Origin: Octopus bimaculoides
Lineage: Eukaryota
Reading direction: 5' to 3'
DNA length: 63,248 nt
NCBI RefSeq assembly: GCF_001194135.2
Contig: NC_068984.1
Coordinates: forward strand, 101,407,131-101,470,378
A model generated the notes under the pieces. That model worked only from the letters and a program-made list of their open reading frames with translations. It made no database searches and was not told the origin of the DNA. This document shows, one piece after another, positions 11,298-24,984 of this stretch. A program made the position numbers and the translations under genes. The number at the start of each line of letters is the position of its first letter. The stretch's first letter is position 1.

Positions 11298-12694
11298 CTA
11301 AGGTAAGCAAAGAATTATCCATGACAACACTCCTAAAATTGTGTGACAACGTTTATGCTAGAGTAGGGCCAATATGGAATTAATATACAGTCACTCTAAT
11401 CGTAAGAAACCTCCTTCAGGTCACACTCTACCGTGTTAAGACAAAAAGAAAGTGATAAATACACTATTTCTACAAAGAAGCTGGAAAACTTTTGTCCTAT
11501 TTTGACTCAAAGCTGACCTTATATTAAACAACAACAATGATCAGTTTTATCGTTAAATAATGAAATTACTGATGTATCCCATGGTCGGTAAACTGGTAGG
11601 TATATTATGTTGCGTAGGAATTCAAAATTCGCTAAAGTTGATGTTGCTTTTCAGATTTCGCGGGTCGATAAAAGTACCCGTCAAGTACTGAGGTCATGAA
11701 TCAACTTAAATACCTTGTGCTATTATTTTAGGCTTGGTGATATTTAGAGCAATGTTGTTAAATGTGTTTAGTAATCAGAATGTTCTTGACAACCAGTACA
11801 AAACGAAAGCGACAGGAAATAAATGAACGCGTTATAAAAACAAAAACGAGATTCTCAATAAAAATAAAGCGTCTGTTCACAATGCGCCGAAAAAACTTCT
11901 CCAAAACAGCTTGCTGAAGTGATATGGCGCTACATTCAAATATCTTGTAGTCGCCACTATTTTTGTTTTGCTTTCAAATGTTAATCGTATTATTAATCTA
12001 GTCTACTGTTTTATTTACAGTCAACAAATACTGCAATAGCTGCGTGTTATTTATAGATTTTTTTTAAATGGAGAACAATACAATCTGCTACACAATATAC
12101 TTCGAGATACGTGAAACTACCAAAGCCAACTACAGAGATATACTAATGCTAACAAATGACTAAGTATTAACTTTTTGAACAAAGATCTGTTGTTTTTTGA
12201 GAATTTTAAAATTTGTAACATGCTAGTATTTGATTTTCCTTCGCTCAATTTTGTTTAACGTTACGTCACTTTCGTTTTGTATGAGAGGTCAAGGACGTTT
12301 TGATTACATATGCATTCAGCAAGATTACCGTATTTAATTACATCAATTAACGGTCTGTGTTCAAATCCGTTAAGATTGACATCGACAGTCAACATTCCGG
12401 GGTCGATAAAAAAAGTACCAGTCACTAACTAGCTGCATGTTTATAAGTTTATTATTTATGGCCTTGTCTTGTCTAGTTGTTATCAAGTTGTCTCCCTTTG
12501 CTCTCTGAGTTCGATTCCCGCCAAGGTTTGATTTTGCATTTCATTCTTTCAGAAATGGGAAGGACTAGTGATAAAATATAAAAATAGAGAGTCGTTGGAG
12601 ATAGGGGAAGTGTGGAATCAATATAATCGAATATTGCATACCATCATGCTTCTTCTAAGAAAATCTGTGACCTTATGCCTCTATTAAAAAACAC

Positions 12695-12736
<42 letters not shown>

Positions 12737-13282
12737 GTATAGGCTAGATATATCTATACACATACATACATATATGTATCCATATACATACATGTGTGTG
12801 CGTGTGTACTCTGGTGTCCAAAAAATAAAAAAGGAAAGAAAAACTGCTTCGGTTCGTGGCTAAATCGCCCATGTCATTACATTTGAAAGACCCGTATCCA
12901 TGCGGTAGTGCGCATGCCTGAACCTCATCATTACGAAAGAGAGGAGACGGTCGTTGTTTGAAAACATTTATATATACATATATATATATATTTATATATA
13001 TATGTATATATAAATATATATACACACATACATACATACATACATACACACACACACACGCTCATACATATATATTTCCTGTGTCTTCTCTCTCCCTCTC
13101 TCTTTCTCTGTCCTCTCTTTATTTCGCGTCTTCAGTTTTTGGGGTCACCCCCCTTCGTTTATTTACCAAAATAGCTGTTAAACCCCCTAATTGAAAGGTA
13201 CGTGCTTATGCTATACTAATTACAATTTTAATTCATTAATTTATATATTAGTATATACATGTATAGTATAAACATACACACA

Positions 13283-13319
<37 letters not shown>

Positions 13320-13329
13320 NNNNNNNNNN

Positions 13330-13360
<31 letters not shown>

Positions 13361-14395
13361 AACATCAGTCACTCTGGATTCTCGTAAACCTATGTATTAC
13401 ACCACGATGCAATATTCGATTTTATATATTTCATATATATATATATGTATATATATATATTTTACAATGTATGTTTTGAATCTCTATCAAATGACCGGCT
13501 AAATTAACGTATTTTCTTCGTACATCGTATCTCTTCCTCGTGTCCCTCTGTCCGTTTTATTTTTACTGATCTCGATTGTATGCATATGTATATATATACA
13601 TATATAACCTTTGATTTGGTCACTAATAAGATTAGATTTCACAAATTTGATACGAATTTATTTGTGTAGTGTATATTAAGCCTCTGCTATTGAACTTAAT
13701 AGTTTAATTAGACATGAGATGAATTATTCTCTCTGTATTACAGATAGACTCGGGGGTCTTTCTCTCCTACTTATCGCATCTCGTCAGTCATCCTGTATGT
13801 TCCAGTAATTTCAAATTTTCCTCCAAATTTCCTCGTTCAGTCATCATCAGTTAAGCACTCGATGCCTCTCCAATATCTTCCTACTTCTAAAACGATCAAC
13901 ATTGTTTATATATCTCCCGCCTTCTCATTTTTTAGCTATATTTTTTTTCGTCGTCGTTCTATCTCCCTATTGATCGGGCTTTTTATCGATCCAATTGGTT
14001 ATTCTAACGATTCAGCTAGCAAACCACCTATCGATCCAGCTGGCTAACTCCCTACTTGTTTGTATTTAGATCTAACTATATTTGTTTCGCTATTAATCTA
14101 CCTAGTTTATTATGCCTATATTTCGATCGAGTTATCTATGTTTATAGCTATATACACTCTGTTTATGTGGCTCTCTATGTACACTATTGTCCTCAGAATT
14201 CAACGAAGATCCATACTTCTTTCTCTTCTGCCATTTTCTCTTACAAGAAAGAAATATTTAGCTTTTAAAACAATATGGCTTTAAATACATATTTGTAAAC
14301 ACACACATACATCAATATATGAATGCACATATATATATACCCACAGTTGCTTTCTGAGTAAGAGAGGGAGAATTTACTCAGGAAGAGAAGAGAGG

Positions 14396-14430
<35 letters not shown>

Positions 14431-16917
14431 GTGAATGTGTGCACTCTCACAGACATATATCTCCATATCTTAAAATACTAGGGGGGTTTTTTTCATTAGA
14501 TATTGATGGATATTTATGTATGTGTGCGTGTGTGTCGACCCGGAAGTTTTGTGGCGGCAAAATGTCTTTAACGTTTCTGTTGGTAAAGTTGTAGCCCTAG
14601 CCCAGTTCTAACTGAGCAGACTTTTGATCATAAGTTTTCTAGCCAAGATCATCACCATCTTTGGTACTTCATTATCCACTATGTTTCTTTCTTCTCAAAA
14701 CTGTGGGGTGAATGTTTTTTAATCGAGAATCAGTATTTCTAACAGGTCGATGCACTACATATAGGCCGTTACTCTCTTGTGTTGGTAGAGGTGATAGAGA
14801 TGATATACTAATTCTTATGTCTTTTACCTACCTCACCCAACTCCTACAACATTCTAATTTTAGTGAAGTTTCCCTAAACTTATGCAAGACCCAACCACCA
14901 TCTCCCACATTCTTCTTGGTTAATAACTATCTTACTGCCTACCACCACCGGCGATATATTGTGTAAGGTGTACTCGTTGCTCTTGCCGCTAAAATACAGT
15001 GACCTCATTCTTCGACTTGCTTCTCGTCTCTTATCTTGTCTTCACCACATTTATTCAGTTGGTTTTAACTACTACTACTTTGCCAACAAAGCCAATTCTC
15101 GATCTGCTTGAAATAGCTCACAAATCTCCGCAATCACCTTTCTATGAAATAAAAAAGAAGGAAGCCAGGTCGATAGGTTATTTTCATAAAGAGTAGCCCA
15201 AAATGTAACTTAAAGACTAAGGATTTACTTGTTCGGTTCATCATAACTTCAGTTTGGTGCCCCCAATTCTCTTTGAATTTGTTTTCTCGTAACTTTCTAA
15301 AGAATGCATATTTTTAATGAAATCTCACTGCTTTCGGGAATGTAGATTTACGATTACTGTGATAACATGAAAAAATGTTTTTGGAGTTTTGTATTATTCT
15401 TCCACCTCGACGTCGGTAGGGGGATAATCCAAAACACCTGTACAATTATATTTTTTCAAAATTTAATCAAAATAATCCTAAGCTGCAATCTCGAATATCC
15501 ATCTCTGAAACATTTCGTTAGATATTGTTCAGAAAGTTATGAATCGGAGTTGGGTACCAAACTGTAATCATGCTGATGGATTCTAATTTCTTTTTTAAAT
15601 TTAATATGATGTTTAATAAATTCTTAACTTTTAATGCTAGATGTAGCAAATATCCCTAATTTATTATAAGGCAAAGAAACGAAAAAATAGATAAGCGTAC
15701 TGTCCTGGAAAGTAGTAGCGTTATCCGCTGGTTTAGCCCCATCTGGTAACCCTTAAAGGAAGGGTAACATTGAACTCTAAGATATAGATATACAGAAACA
15801 CTGGATGGTCACAACTAGAACATTTTTTTATCCATAGATCGGGGCAAGCTTGGGTCTTGGAAACGCAATGTGAGCGCTTTATAACTAGTGCCACCTGCTT
15901 TGGATTACCTGATACAAAACATCTTTTAAAGTAATTTAAGTTAAACCTTCCATTAAATTTCATATTGATGTTCCAAACAGCTTCATAATAACAGTTATTG
16001 TACTAAATTCGTTATTTTTTTTTTAATAACTGAAGTAGTGTAAATCAACACAAATCAGGTAATATAAGGGTTTCTGGTTAGCTTCTCGTCTCTCCAACGT
16101 CGTTGATTACGGTGATATACTGTGATAATTGCCTCTTACAAATTTGTGTTGGGGTTAAGTCGTAACTTTCTTCCTTTAGTTGTTTAGCCCCTGGTCTGTC
16201 TGGACAAAAATATTCCATTTGTGAGGGACATTATATTATACAATAAATCCTTTTTAAAAACTGCATAGTGATTTGAGAGATTTCTAACGGATCGAGCTCT
16301 TGTAACTAAAATAGAAAACATGGTTTGAACTGTCACTGGATAATATTGGTTAGTACCAGTTAGCTACTAGAAATGATTTGACTGATTGTTCTTATTGGAA
16401 AACTATTAATCATACTACCATTCCACATAATGTTGGGCCTATATTCAATGAGGTTCCATCTTCGAATTTCTTTTACTGTTCGTGTCAACTTCTTCCGATT
16501 TTTTTTCTCCTTAAGGATATCTTCAGGTTATTGTTGTTTTGAACATTTGAGATTCAATATCTGCGAACTGTTGTTATTATTTCAGTGAAACACTAATTAA
16601 GATGAGGGAGTATTTAAGATATAATATGTGTTTTTGTATTTGATGCGTTTAAATATGGTGTTACATTTTCGTCTTAAAGTGAAACTGAAACAGCAGCGTT
16701 TATATTTTCTCATTGTGAAACAGCAAACGTTTTCAAATGCAAACAATCCTATTCATTATACATTGGGCACTGCAGTTGCAAAAAAAAATCTTCAAATACA
16801 GACGAACTATACAAAACCTTTGTAAAGGGATCTCCGTCGGTTTCCTTTAACTGGATTACCTGCTCGCTGAATTGGCGTGGAGGTGGTTGGACATTCTATA
16901 GGCATGTGTATCGGTCC

Positions 16918-17330
16918 AGATGGACTATATGTAATCTGAACCTTTCCCCCCTTATTTTATTTATTTTTTTTTTTTACGGAATCCCACGTTTTAGGCTATG
17001 GAGATTCCGATTCTGAAAATTTTTTTTCAAAAATCTCAATTTCAAAATTTCGACCCCCCCCCCCCNNNNNNNNNNNNNNNNNNNNNNNNNNNNNNNNNNN
17101 NNNNNNNNNNNNNNNNNNNNNGGTTTTATATAGATCCACAGGGTAAACCTAACCCTAACACTAGTTTTGTGAGATTTGGCTGTTATTTCTAGCATGTAAA
17201 TAGCCTACTTGGTTGGGGGGGGGGGTTGAAATTTTTCAAGAATTTTTTTTTCAGAATCGGAATCTCCATAGCCGTAAAAAAAAATTAATAAATAAGAGGG
17301 GGAAAGGTTCAGATTACATATAGTCCGTCT
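16918..17330. mobile_element. Foldback/MITE-like element with long terminal inverted repeats, spanning a short gap
   Basis: ggactatatgtaatctgaacctttccccc vs gggggaaaggttcagattacatatagtcc; ggctatggagattccgattctgaaaa vs ttttcagaatcggaatctccatagcc. No TSD found. Confidence 0.75.
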
Positions 17331-18678
17331 CTACCAATATCCTTAATGTAACTATTCTCGAGTAGAATCAGTTTGGTATAGTGTGTTGATAAGGCCCGCA
17401 TCTGCGTGATTGTTTAGCGAACTTTTAAACCTTTCGATCATGTAAATTGCTTAACTGTGACAAGTTTCTGATTTAAAAAAATTCAAATATATACAATTTG
17501 TAAATTCCGAATCTTCGATGCTTAAAACAAAGTCAAAGACCACATTTATTTCTTTTCTGGAGGACATAAAAACTTTGAGGGTTAAACGAATAACTGTTGT
17601 TTTCTCTTGATACACGCTGAACCTGGTAGAAATAGCAGCTAAATCTTAAATTAAACCTACCGTCTTAAAAATGGAAGCACACATGGATTATCTAATATAA
17701 TCCTTGGTATTCAAATGCCCGAGTGTGGCGTAGGGTGATCAAGACGTTGAATCGATCGCGTGGAGTTGAAGTTGAAGTTAATCTCCAGGCTTAGAAACTT
17801 CTGGTGTTGTGAAGGTTAACCTGTTTCTTCATAACTAAGATAAACTTGGTACACACGCGTGTTTTCATAGATTAAAGACTTGTCGTTAGTTGTGTTTGAG
17901 ATCAACGATACCCCACTAGCTCTTGAATTCCGTTTTCAAATGTATGAAATCTATATTTTAAGCTTTTCTCTATTTTAGAGGGGTAAAACTACTATAACTT
18001 TCTTCCTTTAGTTGTTTAAGTCCCTGGTCAGTTTTAATCGAGCAGATCTATTTGGACAAAAGTATTCCATTTGTAAGGGACACTATGTTATACAATAAAT
18101 CCCTTTTAAAAACTGCATGGAGATTTGAGAGATTTCTAACGGATCGAGCGATTTCGTAGAAGCTCTAGTTGTTTTGCATGGTATTTATTTTTGAAATGAT
18201 TTAGCTTAATAAATATGTATGTGTGTGTGTGTACATACACGCGCACGCGCGAAAGACAGGACATTCAACTCTGAAGGCCTTGATCGTGATGGCTCAGACA
18301 AACACACAGTCATCGGCAAGTGTGTGTTAATTTTCTTATGGTGTTTGTGCAGGAATGGATTTATGGTAGATGCTCGCTTGTTATTTGATATTGATCGGAT
18401 CCAATAGATAGGAAAGAAGATAGTTTATATTATATTATTAAGAGGGTTATTAATTTTTCTTATCTCATTACAGTTGTAATCTTGCCGAACACACACACAC
18501 ATACAAGTATATTTGTGTTCTTTTATTTCCTAATGAGCAATATAGAAATATGGAAGTTGTTTTTAGTGTTAGGCATATGCACATATACTGAAGTGAAAGT
18601 AACACACCCACACTATATATGTTTGTGTGTGTGTGTATGTATATTATATTTATTTATCTACCCTATATATATATAATG

Positions 18679-18920
18679 ATGGCGGGAAACGTGACATCAG
18701 AAATAACGAAACTGAAGACAAAATGTCTGGCTTGATTTGAATATAGTGGGGTGGTAGGGCATTGATATACAGAGAGATGGCAGAGTTAGAAGAAATGTGC
18801 AACTGCTACAATTGGGTCAGTACCGCCATTGGCTTGTACATTGTATCATAGTATGCACTCTCTTCCTCTCTCTCTCTCTACTTCTCTCCGCATACACACA
18901 CACTCGAACGCACGTGTATT
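18679..18920 (+). promoter_or_regulatory. Candidate SYNCRIP promoter
   Basis: ATGGCGGGAAA (overlapping YY1 core and E2F site, 18679-18689), GTGACATCA, two ATTGG (reverse CCAAT), CCGCCATT (YY1, 18823), a CT-rich tract and CACGTG, just upstream of where CpG depletion begins. Motif-level evidence only. Confidence 0.4.
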
Positions 18921-19021
18921 TTTTCGTTGCTAAATTGTCAGTTACATAGTTGCAAGTTCATGTAGCTGCTGCTATTTTTACATGCTTTGTATGAGGACTT
19001 GCTTGTGTGTTTAAGTGTAGT

Positions 19022-19097
<76 letters not shown>

Positions 19098-19437
19098 TAT
19101 ATATATATGTGTGTGTGTGTGTGTCTGTACGTGCACAGGTATGGTTTTGTTAGGCCTCAGATCGGCTCTGGTCGAAACAGAACTGTGATATCAAAGTGTT
19201 CCAGCTGTGACCGTTTTGTGTTCTTGCACATCCAGGACTACAGTGTCTTTTCAGTGAACTGTGATTTAATGGAAATTTGTTAGCTGTTAACTCTAGCTGG
19301 TCAATCGACCACATAAAGGTTTGTTGGTTCCTATTATTCATATGTATATGTGTGAATTTATAGGGTATGTGTGTGTACATACGTACATATATATTTGTAT
19401 ATTTATGTGTGTATGTATGTACATAAATATATATGTG

Positions 19438-19469
<32 letters not shown>

Positions 19470-22400
19470 AAACCATTTGACATACAGAACGGTAAAATAA
19501 ATAGCAGACTGAGTATTTTAATCGATTTAATTAGCTGAAAACTCTTGAAGGCAGTGCTCCAGCATGACCTCGGTTCAAAGATTGAAATTAAGGAAGAAAA
19601 TTATCTCTGTATACTCAACAATGCATATGAAGTTTGGAATCTCCAACCACTTTGTATCTTGTATAATTAACCCCTTCTCATTCTTAGTATATAGGCAAAT
19701 CTTAAGCTAACCGAAGTGGGGAGATGTACTGAATGAGTATACTGAGAAATAAATTGTAAGTGAATTCAAATGTCTCTTAATTGGAGAGAGAGAGAGAGAG
19801 AGAAACAAAGGAAAGAGGGAAAATCTATTGGTAATAATTTTAAGCGATCGTCAAAGATTATAAATAGCTTATTGTTATGACTTGTTATTTCTTAATTACT
19901 CAATGTCATGACAGTTCCATTTGCCCTCCTCTGTGACCTACTTTTCATTTGTCTATCGATTACGCCACCCTAAAAGATACCTTGCTATTTTTTCTTTTTT
20001 TTTTTCCATTAGCCTCTTACACCTTTGTGTGTATGTATTTTGTTTTCGTCTGGTTGAGGAGGTAGCAAATGCTTCCATATGTTTTCCAGAGAAAATTATT
20101 GTTTTTAAATGTGTATGTGTGTGCATATGTCTCCTACATATCTGGAGGTATATTTATGTTACTTATAAATCCATTGGCAGTGGTTTGGTTTTGTTTAAAA
20201 CAAAAGTATGTCTCTATACATTCTGAGTCAAAATCCCACCGAGGTCAACTTGGCTTTTTTTTCCTTCCTCGTTCAATAAAATCAGTATCCGGTTACAAAG
20301 AACTGGTGTCATTATAATTTACTATTGTATTACTATTGTTATAATTCCAATAAGTGAAACAAGGAAAATAATGAAAATATGTATTAGGACAAATTTTCTT
20401 TTCGTGGTACATATATATGCATATCCTTGCTTGGAGAATGTTAAGAAAAGGAGGGAAATTTTTGGTGGTGGTGGTGGTGGGGGGATTTCTCCTGTAGAAG
20501 GTTATGTAAATATAAATACAGGGTGTCTAGTTGTAGTTTCACAGCATTAAAATGTAAAAGAAATAAAAACCTTCCTTTGAAAAGGACACTTTCTGTTGTT
20601 GCATGTAGCCTTCCCAAATGAATGGTAACAGCCTAAGTAAAATTAAGTGGAATGAAGTGTTAGGCACCCTTGTATATTTTTATCAGCTTTTAACTCATGA
20701 TTTGTGAAAAGGTAGTCTCAGTTTTTTAACCATTCAGCCAGTCAGCTTTTCTTTTAAAAAAAAAATCCATAACTTGGACTTAATCACTGTTAGAAAAATC
20801 AACAATATCTACTTCAAATTACATCCTGTTCTTTTAAAAGGACACTAGTCCTTAGTAGACAATATTTGAAAAGTGGTTGGATAGTCATGGCTGGGATGCC
20901 TTTGATTATATGTCTGCTGGATTACGGCCAATGTAGGGTTAAATATTCATTATTTGGGATATCGTGTTATTTGATTATTTTACAGTCAAGATGATATCTT
21001 TATATGTAGTGTCATATTTTCATACTTTTCTCACATGAGTTCATCCGTTCTACACTTGCTTTTTTGTCACTCAGTGGTGTTTGTGTAGACATATGTAGAA
21101 ATAAAGAAACTTATATTTTATATGTCAGGGTTTTAGTCAGAGTAAGCTTTTCGTAGCTGGTGATACGCAGCCTAAGTACCTGCAAGAAAAATAGGGAAAC
21201 TGGAGATTTAATCCAGATAGTTTCCAACAGTGAACTAAAAGTTTCTAAGGATCGTGTTAGGTCTGCTTCTCAGAGGAAAAAATCTAAAAGTGTTTTAATG
21301 TATTATACTTTTGCCAACACTGAGAGGATGTTTAGCTGGGGACATGGGACAAGGCTGAGTTTCAGCAAAGTAAAAGGAATTGTTTAAATGAAAGATGAAA
21401 AAATTTTCATAAATAGTTAATTGGGGGATGAAAATCTCATTTTTTCCCTTTTTCTCAGAGCCCTCCCTCTCTTTTTCACTGTCTCTGACATGTTGATTTT
21501 CTCTCTGCACTTTAAAGTAATTATTATTGCTGTTAGAATTTTCTCTTTGGTATGTATTTGTAGAACTGAAAAGTTAAAATTCCTATGTACAGAGGAAAAT
21601 ATCATACTCAGAATTATAGTTGTGTGTGACAGAATGGTAAAAGTAATGATGTCACCAAAATAATTTGAATATGTGTTAAGATAAGAAATACTGGCGCCAA
21701 GGTTACATCATTTTGGTAGGATGCTGTTTTTGGTTACCACTGTTTCTTAAGCTAATTTTAGCTAAGGTGTGTTTGTAATTATATGTGGTAGGTCTGAAAT
21801 AGCAAAAATGCCAACAAGTACTGGAAGTTTCTTTGTGTGTGCCAGCTGATGATTTCTTCAAATGTTTGATGAGATTATTGTTGTACTTAGAACCGAAAAA
21901 CTATTCCTCTTTCTTCCTCCCTCAACTTTTTAAACTGTTTCCTATGTCTTTTTTGTTGCTGTTTATTTTTTTATTCCTTTACCACTGGACTGTAAATCAC
22001 ACCCTGCTAACTGAATAGTGTACCTTACTTTCTTATTACTACCCTTAACCTGGTGAGTACCACAACATAGTACCATATAGGAATACTATGAAATAATTTG
22101 TCTTTTTAGAGCAAGTCAGTTTGGTGGCTATTCCACTTCAAGCTTTGGACATCCCAAAGGGAATTTCAGTGAATTGTACTCTTGTGTTTTTTTATTGACT
22201 CAATGGCCTGAAGACACAGTACAGTGTAAACAACTTTGTAAAACCATCAACTTTTCATCTGGTTGCCTGGAATCTTGTAAGTGTGCCTGTGTTTAAGAGG
22301 GCTGTTGCCTCTCTACCAAATTGAAAAAAATTGTCCCCTGTGTTTCTCTCTTCCTGTATCATGCTTCAACACTATTAGCCTCACCTTGTTATCGCTGTCT

Positions 22401-23036
22401 CACAGTGGTGAATGAAAAGTCTACTCAACTTCTAATAAGAGCTAATTAAAAGACCATTGTTATACATACTCCCAAACATGCCTCTTACTATTTAATAATT
22501 CCAAAGCATCATAGTTTTTTTCATACTGTCTTGACATGCTTCATGCTTGTGTAAGAATAGCTTCTTTTTTTTACTAGGAAAGGCATGAGAGTCACCATTT
22601 CTTCTATTCCTCCTTAAGCATTATTTTCATCTTGTGTTTAGTTGCATTCCTCTTTGTTCTGAGTTAAAATCTCTTTGGAAGTAGACTTGTCCTCTTTCTT
22701 TGGATTTGATCAAATATGTATCAGCCAAGTACTGACATTAAATCTAATCAACAAAGCCCTCCCTATGATTGTGTGGCTTTTTGCCTATGACAGAAATCCT
22801 CATTATTAAACTACTTCTCATCCTTCCAGCATCAGATAAAGTATCAGTCAAATACTGGGGTTTGATTTAATTGACTAATTTTTGGCCCAGCACTTGTAAA
22901 AATTATTGTTGTGGATAGCAGAGTATATGATGATGTTTCAGTATGTATTCTGTTTTTGTTATTAGGTTGTTTTTCAAACTGTATTGATTTGTTGTGTTTC
23001 TCTCTCTCTCTCTTTTTTTCTCTTGTTAAATATTAG

Positions 23037-23217
23037 ATGGCTGAAAATGGACAGGAAGAAGTAGATCCATCACTGGAAGATCAACTTTTAGCTGAGGACG
23101 AAGCTGAAGAATCTACAGAAACCATGGAGAATGGTCACTCTGACGATTATCAAAAATTAATCGATCATGGAATCGATAAGAAAGTAGCTGATGAATTGAT
23201 TAAAATATACAAAACTG
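23037..23217 (+). CDS. SYNCRIP: hnRNP Q/R (SYNCRIP/Syp orthologue) coding exon 1: acidic N-terminus
   Basis: Pyrimidine tract plus tattAG acceptor directly before the ATG at 23037. Encodes MAENGQEE...DELIKIYKT(G), 181 nt, ending phase 1 at donor GTGAGT (23218). Joins exon 2 in frame. Confidence 0.9.
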
Positions 23218-23454
23218 GTGAGTTACTTCCTACTTCTTTTAGTTTTTGTAGTTATTATTGTTACACATTTAACATGAACACCATGAAAACTGCTATTAAT
23301 GTAATGAGGAGGAAACCTGATGAATGTATTCAAAAAATAATAAATATTACATTTATTCTTATAGGAAAACAAACTTTTATGTAAGCGTATGTGTGTGTGT
23401 GTGTTAACTAAGTTTATATTACTAGACATAAAGAATTTGTGCTATCTTAATTAG

Positions 23455-23737
23455 GAGCACTCCGTCAGTTATGACGACAAGGGTCCCAGCTGATACGATC
23501 AACAGCTTGCTTGTGAAATTAATGTGCAAGTGGCTGAGCACACCACAGACACGTGTACCCTTAACATAGTTCTCAGGTAGATTCAGTGTGACATACAGTG
23601 TGGCAAGTCCAGCCCTTTGAAATACAGGTACTACTCATTTTTGCCAGCTCAGTGGACTGGAGCAACGTGAAAATAAAGTGTCTTGCTCAAGGACACAGCG
23701 CATTGCCAGGAATTGAACTCACGACCTCACAATCATG
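23455..23737 (-). mobile_element. tRNA-headed SINE family C with 11-bp TSD
   Basis: Perfect direct repeat ATCTTAATTAG at 23444-23454 and 23738-23748. The minus strand carries a B-box-like gagttcaattcc and tgtgtccttgagcaagacacttta. Confidence 0.88.
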
Positions 23738-24018
23738 ATCTTAATTAGATTACATATGACAAACAGCCATCAGAATATAAACACCTTTGTTTATCTTTGT
23801 ACCATAATGTATATCTATATCTATCTGTCTGTTGATCTATCTCATCATAATCATTTAACGTCCACTTTCCATGCTGACATGGGTTAGATAGTTTAACAGG
23901 GAGCTGGAAAGCCAGAGGGCTGCACCAGTTTCCAGTTTGATGTGGCATAGTTTCTATGGTTGGCTGCCCTTCCTAACACCAACATGTATCTATATATATT
24001 CTTAGACATATATGTGTG

Positions 24019-24313
24019 AAGGCGCATGGCTCTGGTTAGAGCGTTGAGCTTACGATCGTGAGGTTGGGAGTTCAATTCCCAGACCAGGCTGTGTGTTGTG
24101 TTCTTGAGCAAGACACTTTATTTCACGTTGCCCCAGTTAACTCAATTGTAGAAATGAGTTGCGACATCACTGGTGTGAAACTGTATCGGCTTTTGCCTTT
24201 CCCTTGGATAACATCAGTGGTGTGGAGCGGGGAGGCTGGTATGTATGGGCACCTGCTGGCCTTCCACAAACAACCTTGCCCGGACTTGTGCCTCGGAGGG
24301 TAATTTTCTAGGT
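24019..24313 (+). mobile_element. tRNA-headed SINE family C (different body)
   Basis: ggcgcatggctctggttagagcg...gagttcaattccc...cttgagcaagacactttatttcacgttg. Confidence 0.85.
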
Positions 24314-24739
24314 GGGTCTCCAATATATGTATATATATATATTCACGTGTGTATGTGTACACATTTGGGTATACGTAATATATTATGGGAGAAAAAGTAG
24401 TAAGTATATGTAATAGAGTTTTATTCATTCTACCAATTTCTTATATTGTATAATACTTTAAATGATGAAAAGGTGAATCTTTTGTCCCCCTACAGAAACT
24501 CTGAGTACTGATTGATTTAATCATCAGTTGGGACACAGACTTAATGGATTTTAAGCCAATCAACTTAGCCATAGTACTTATTTTTGTTTTGGTATTTATA
24601 GAATATCTTTATATCAGATGGCAAAGTGACATAGAATTTAAACAAACCAACACCAGTGGTCAAGCAGCAAGGCACAGTCATGATGCACACACAGATATGC
24701 ACAACATGGTTTCAATTTCTTAACCACACACCCATCCCT

Positions 24740-24942
24740 CATCATCATCATCGTCGTTTAACGTCCGCCTTCCATGCTAGCATGGGTTGGACGGTTTGAC
24801 TGAGGACTGGCGAACCAGATGGCTACACCAGGCTCCAATCTGATTTGGCAGAGTTTCTACAGCTGGATGCCCTTCCTAGCGGCAACACTCCGAGAGTGTA
24901 GTGGGTGCTTTTTACATGTCACCGGCACGCAGGCCAGTCAGG

Positions 24943-24984
<42 letters not shown>

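Noticed and set aside
24019-24085. tRNA genes here and at other A/B-box-like heads
   Set aside because: No complete cloverleaf; each continues into a SINE body repeated in the window.
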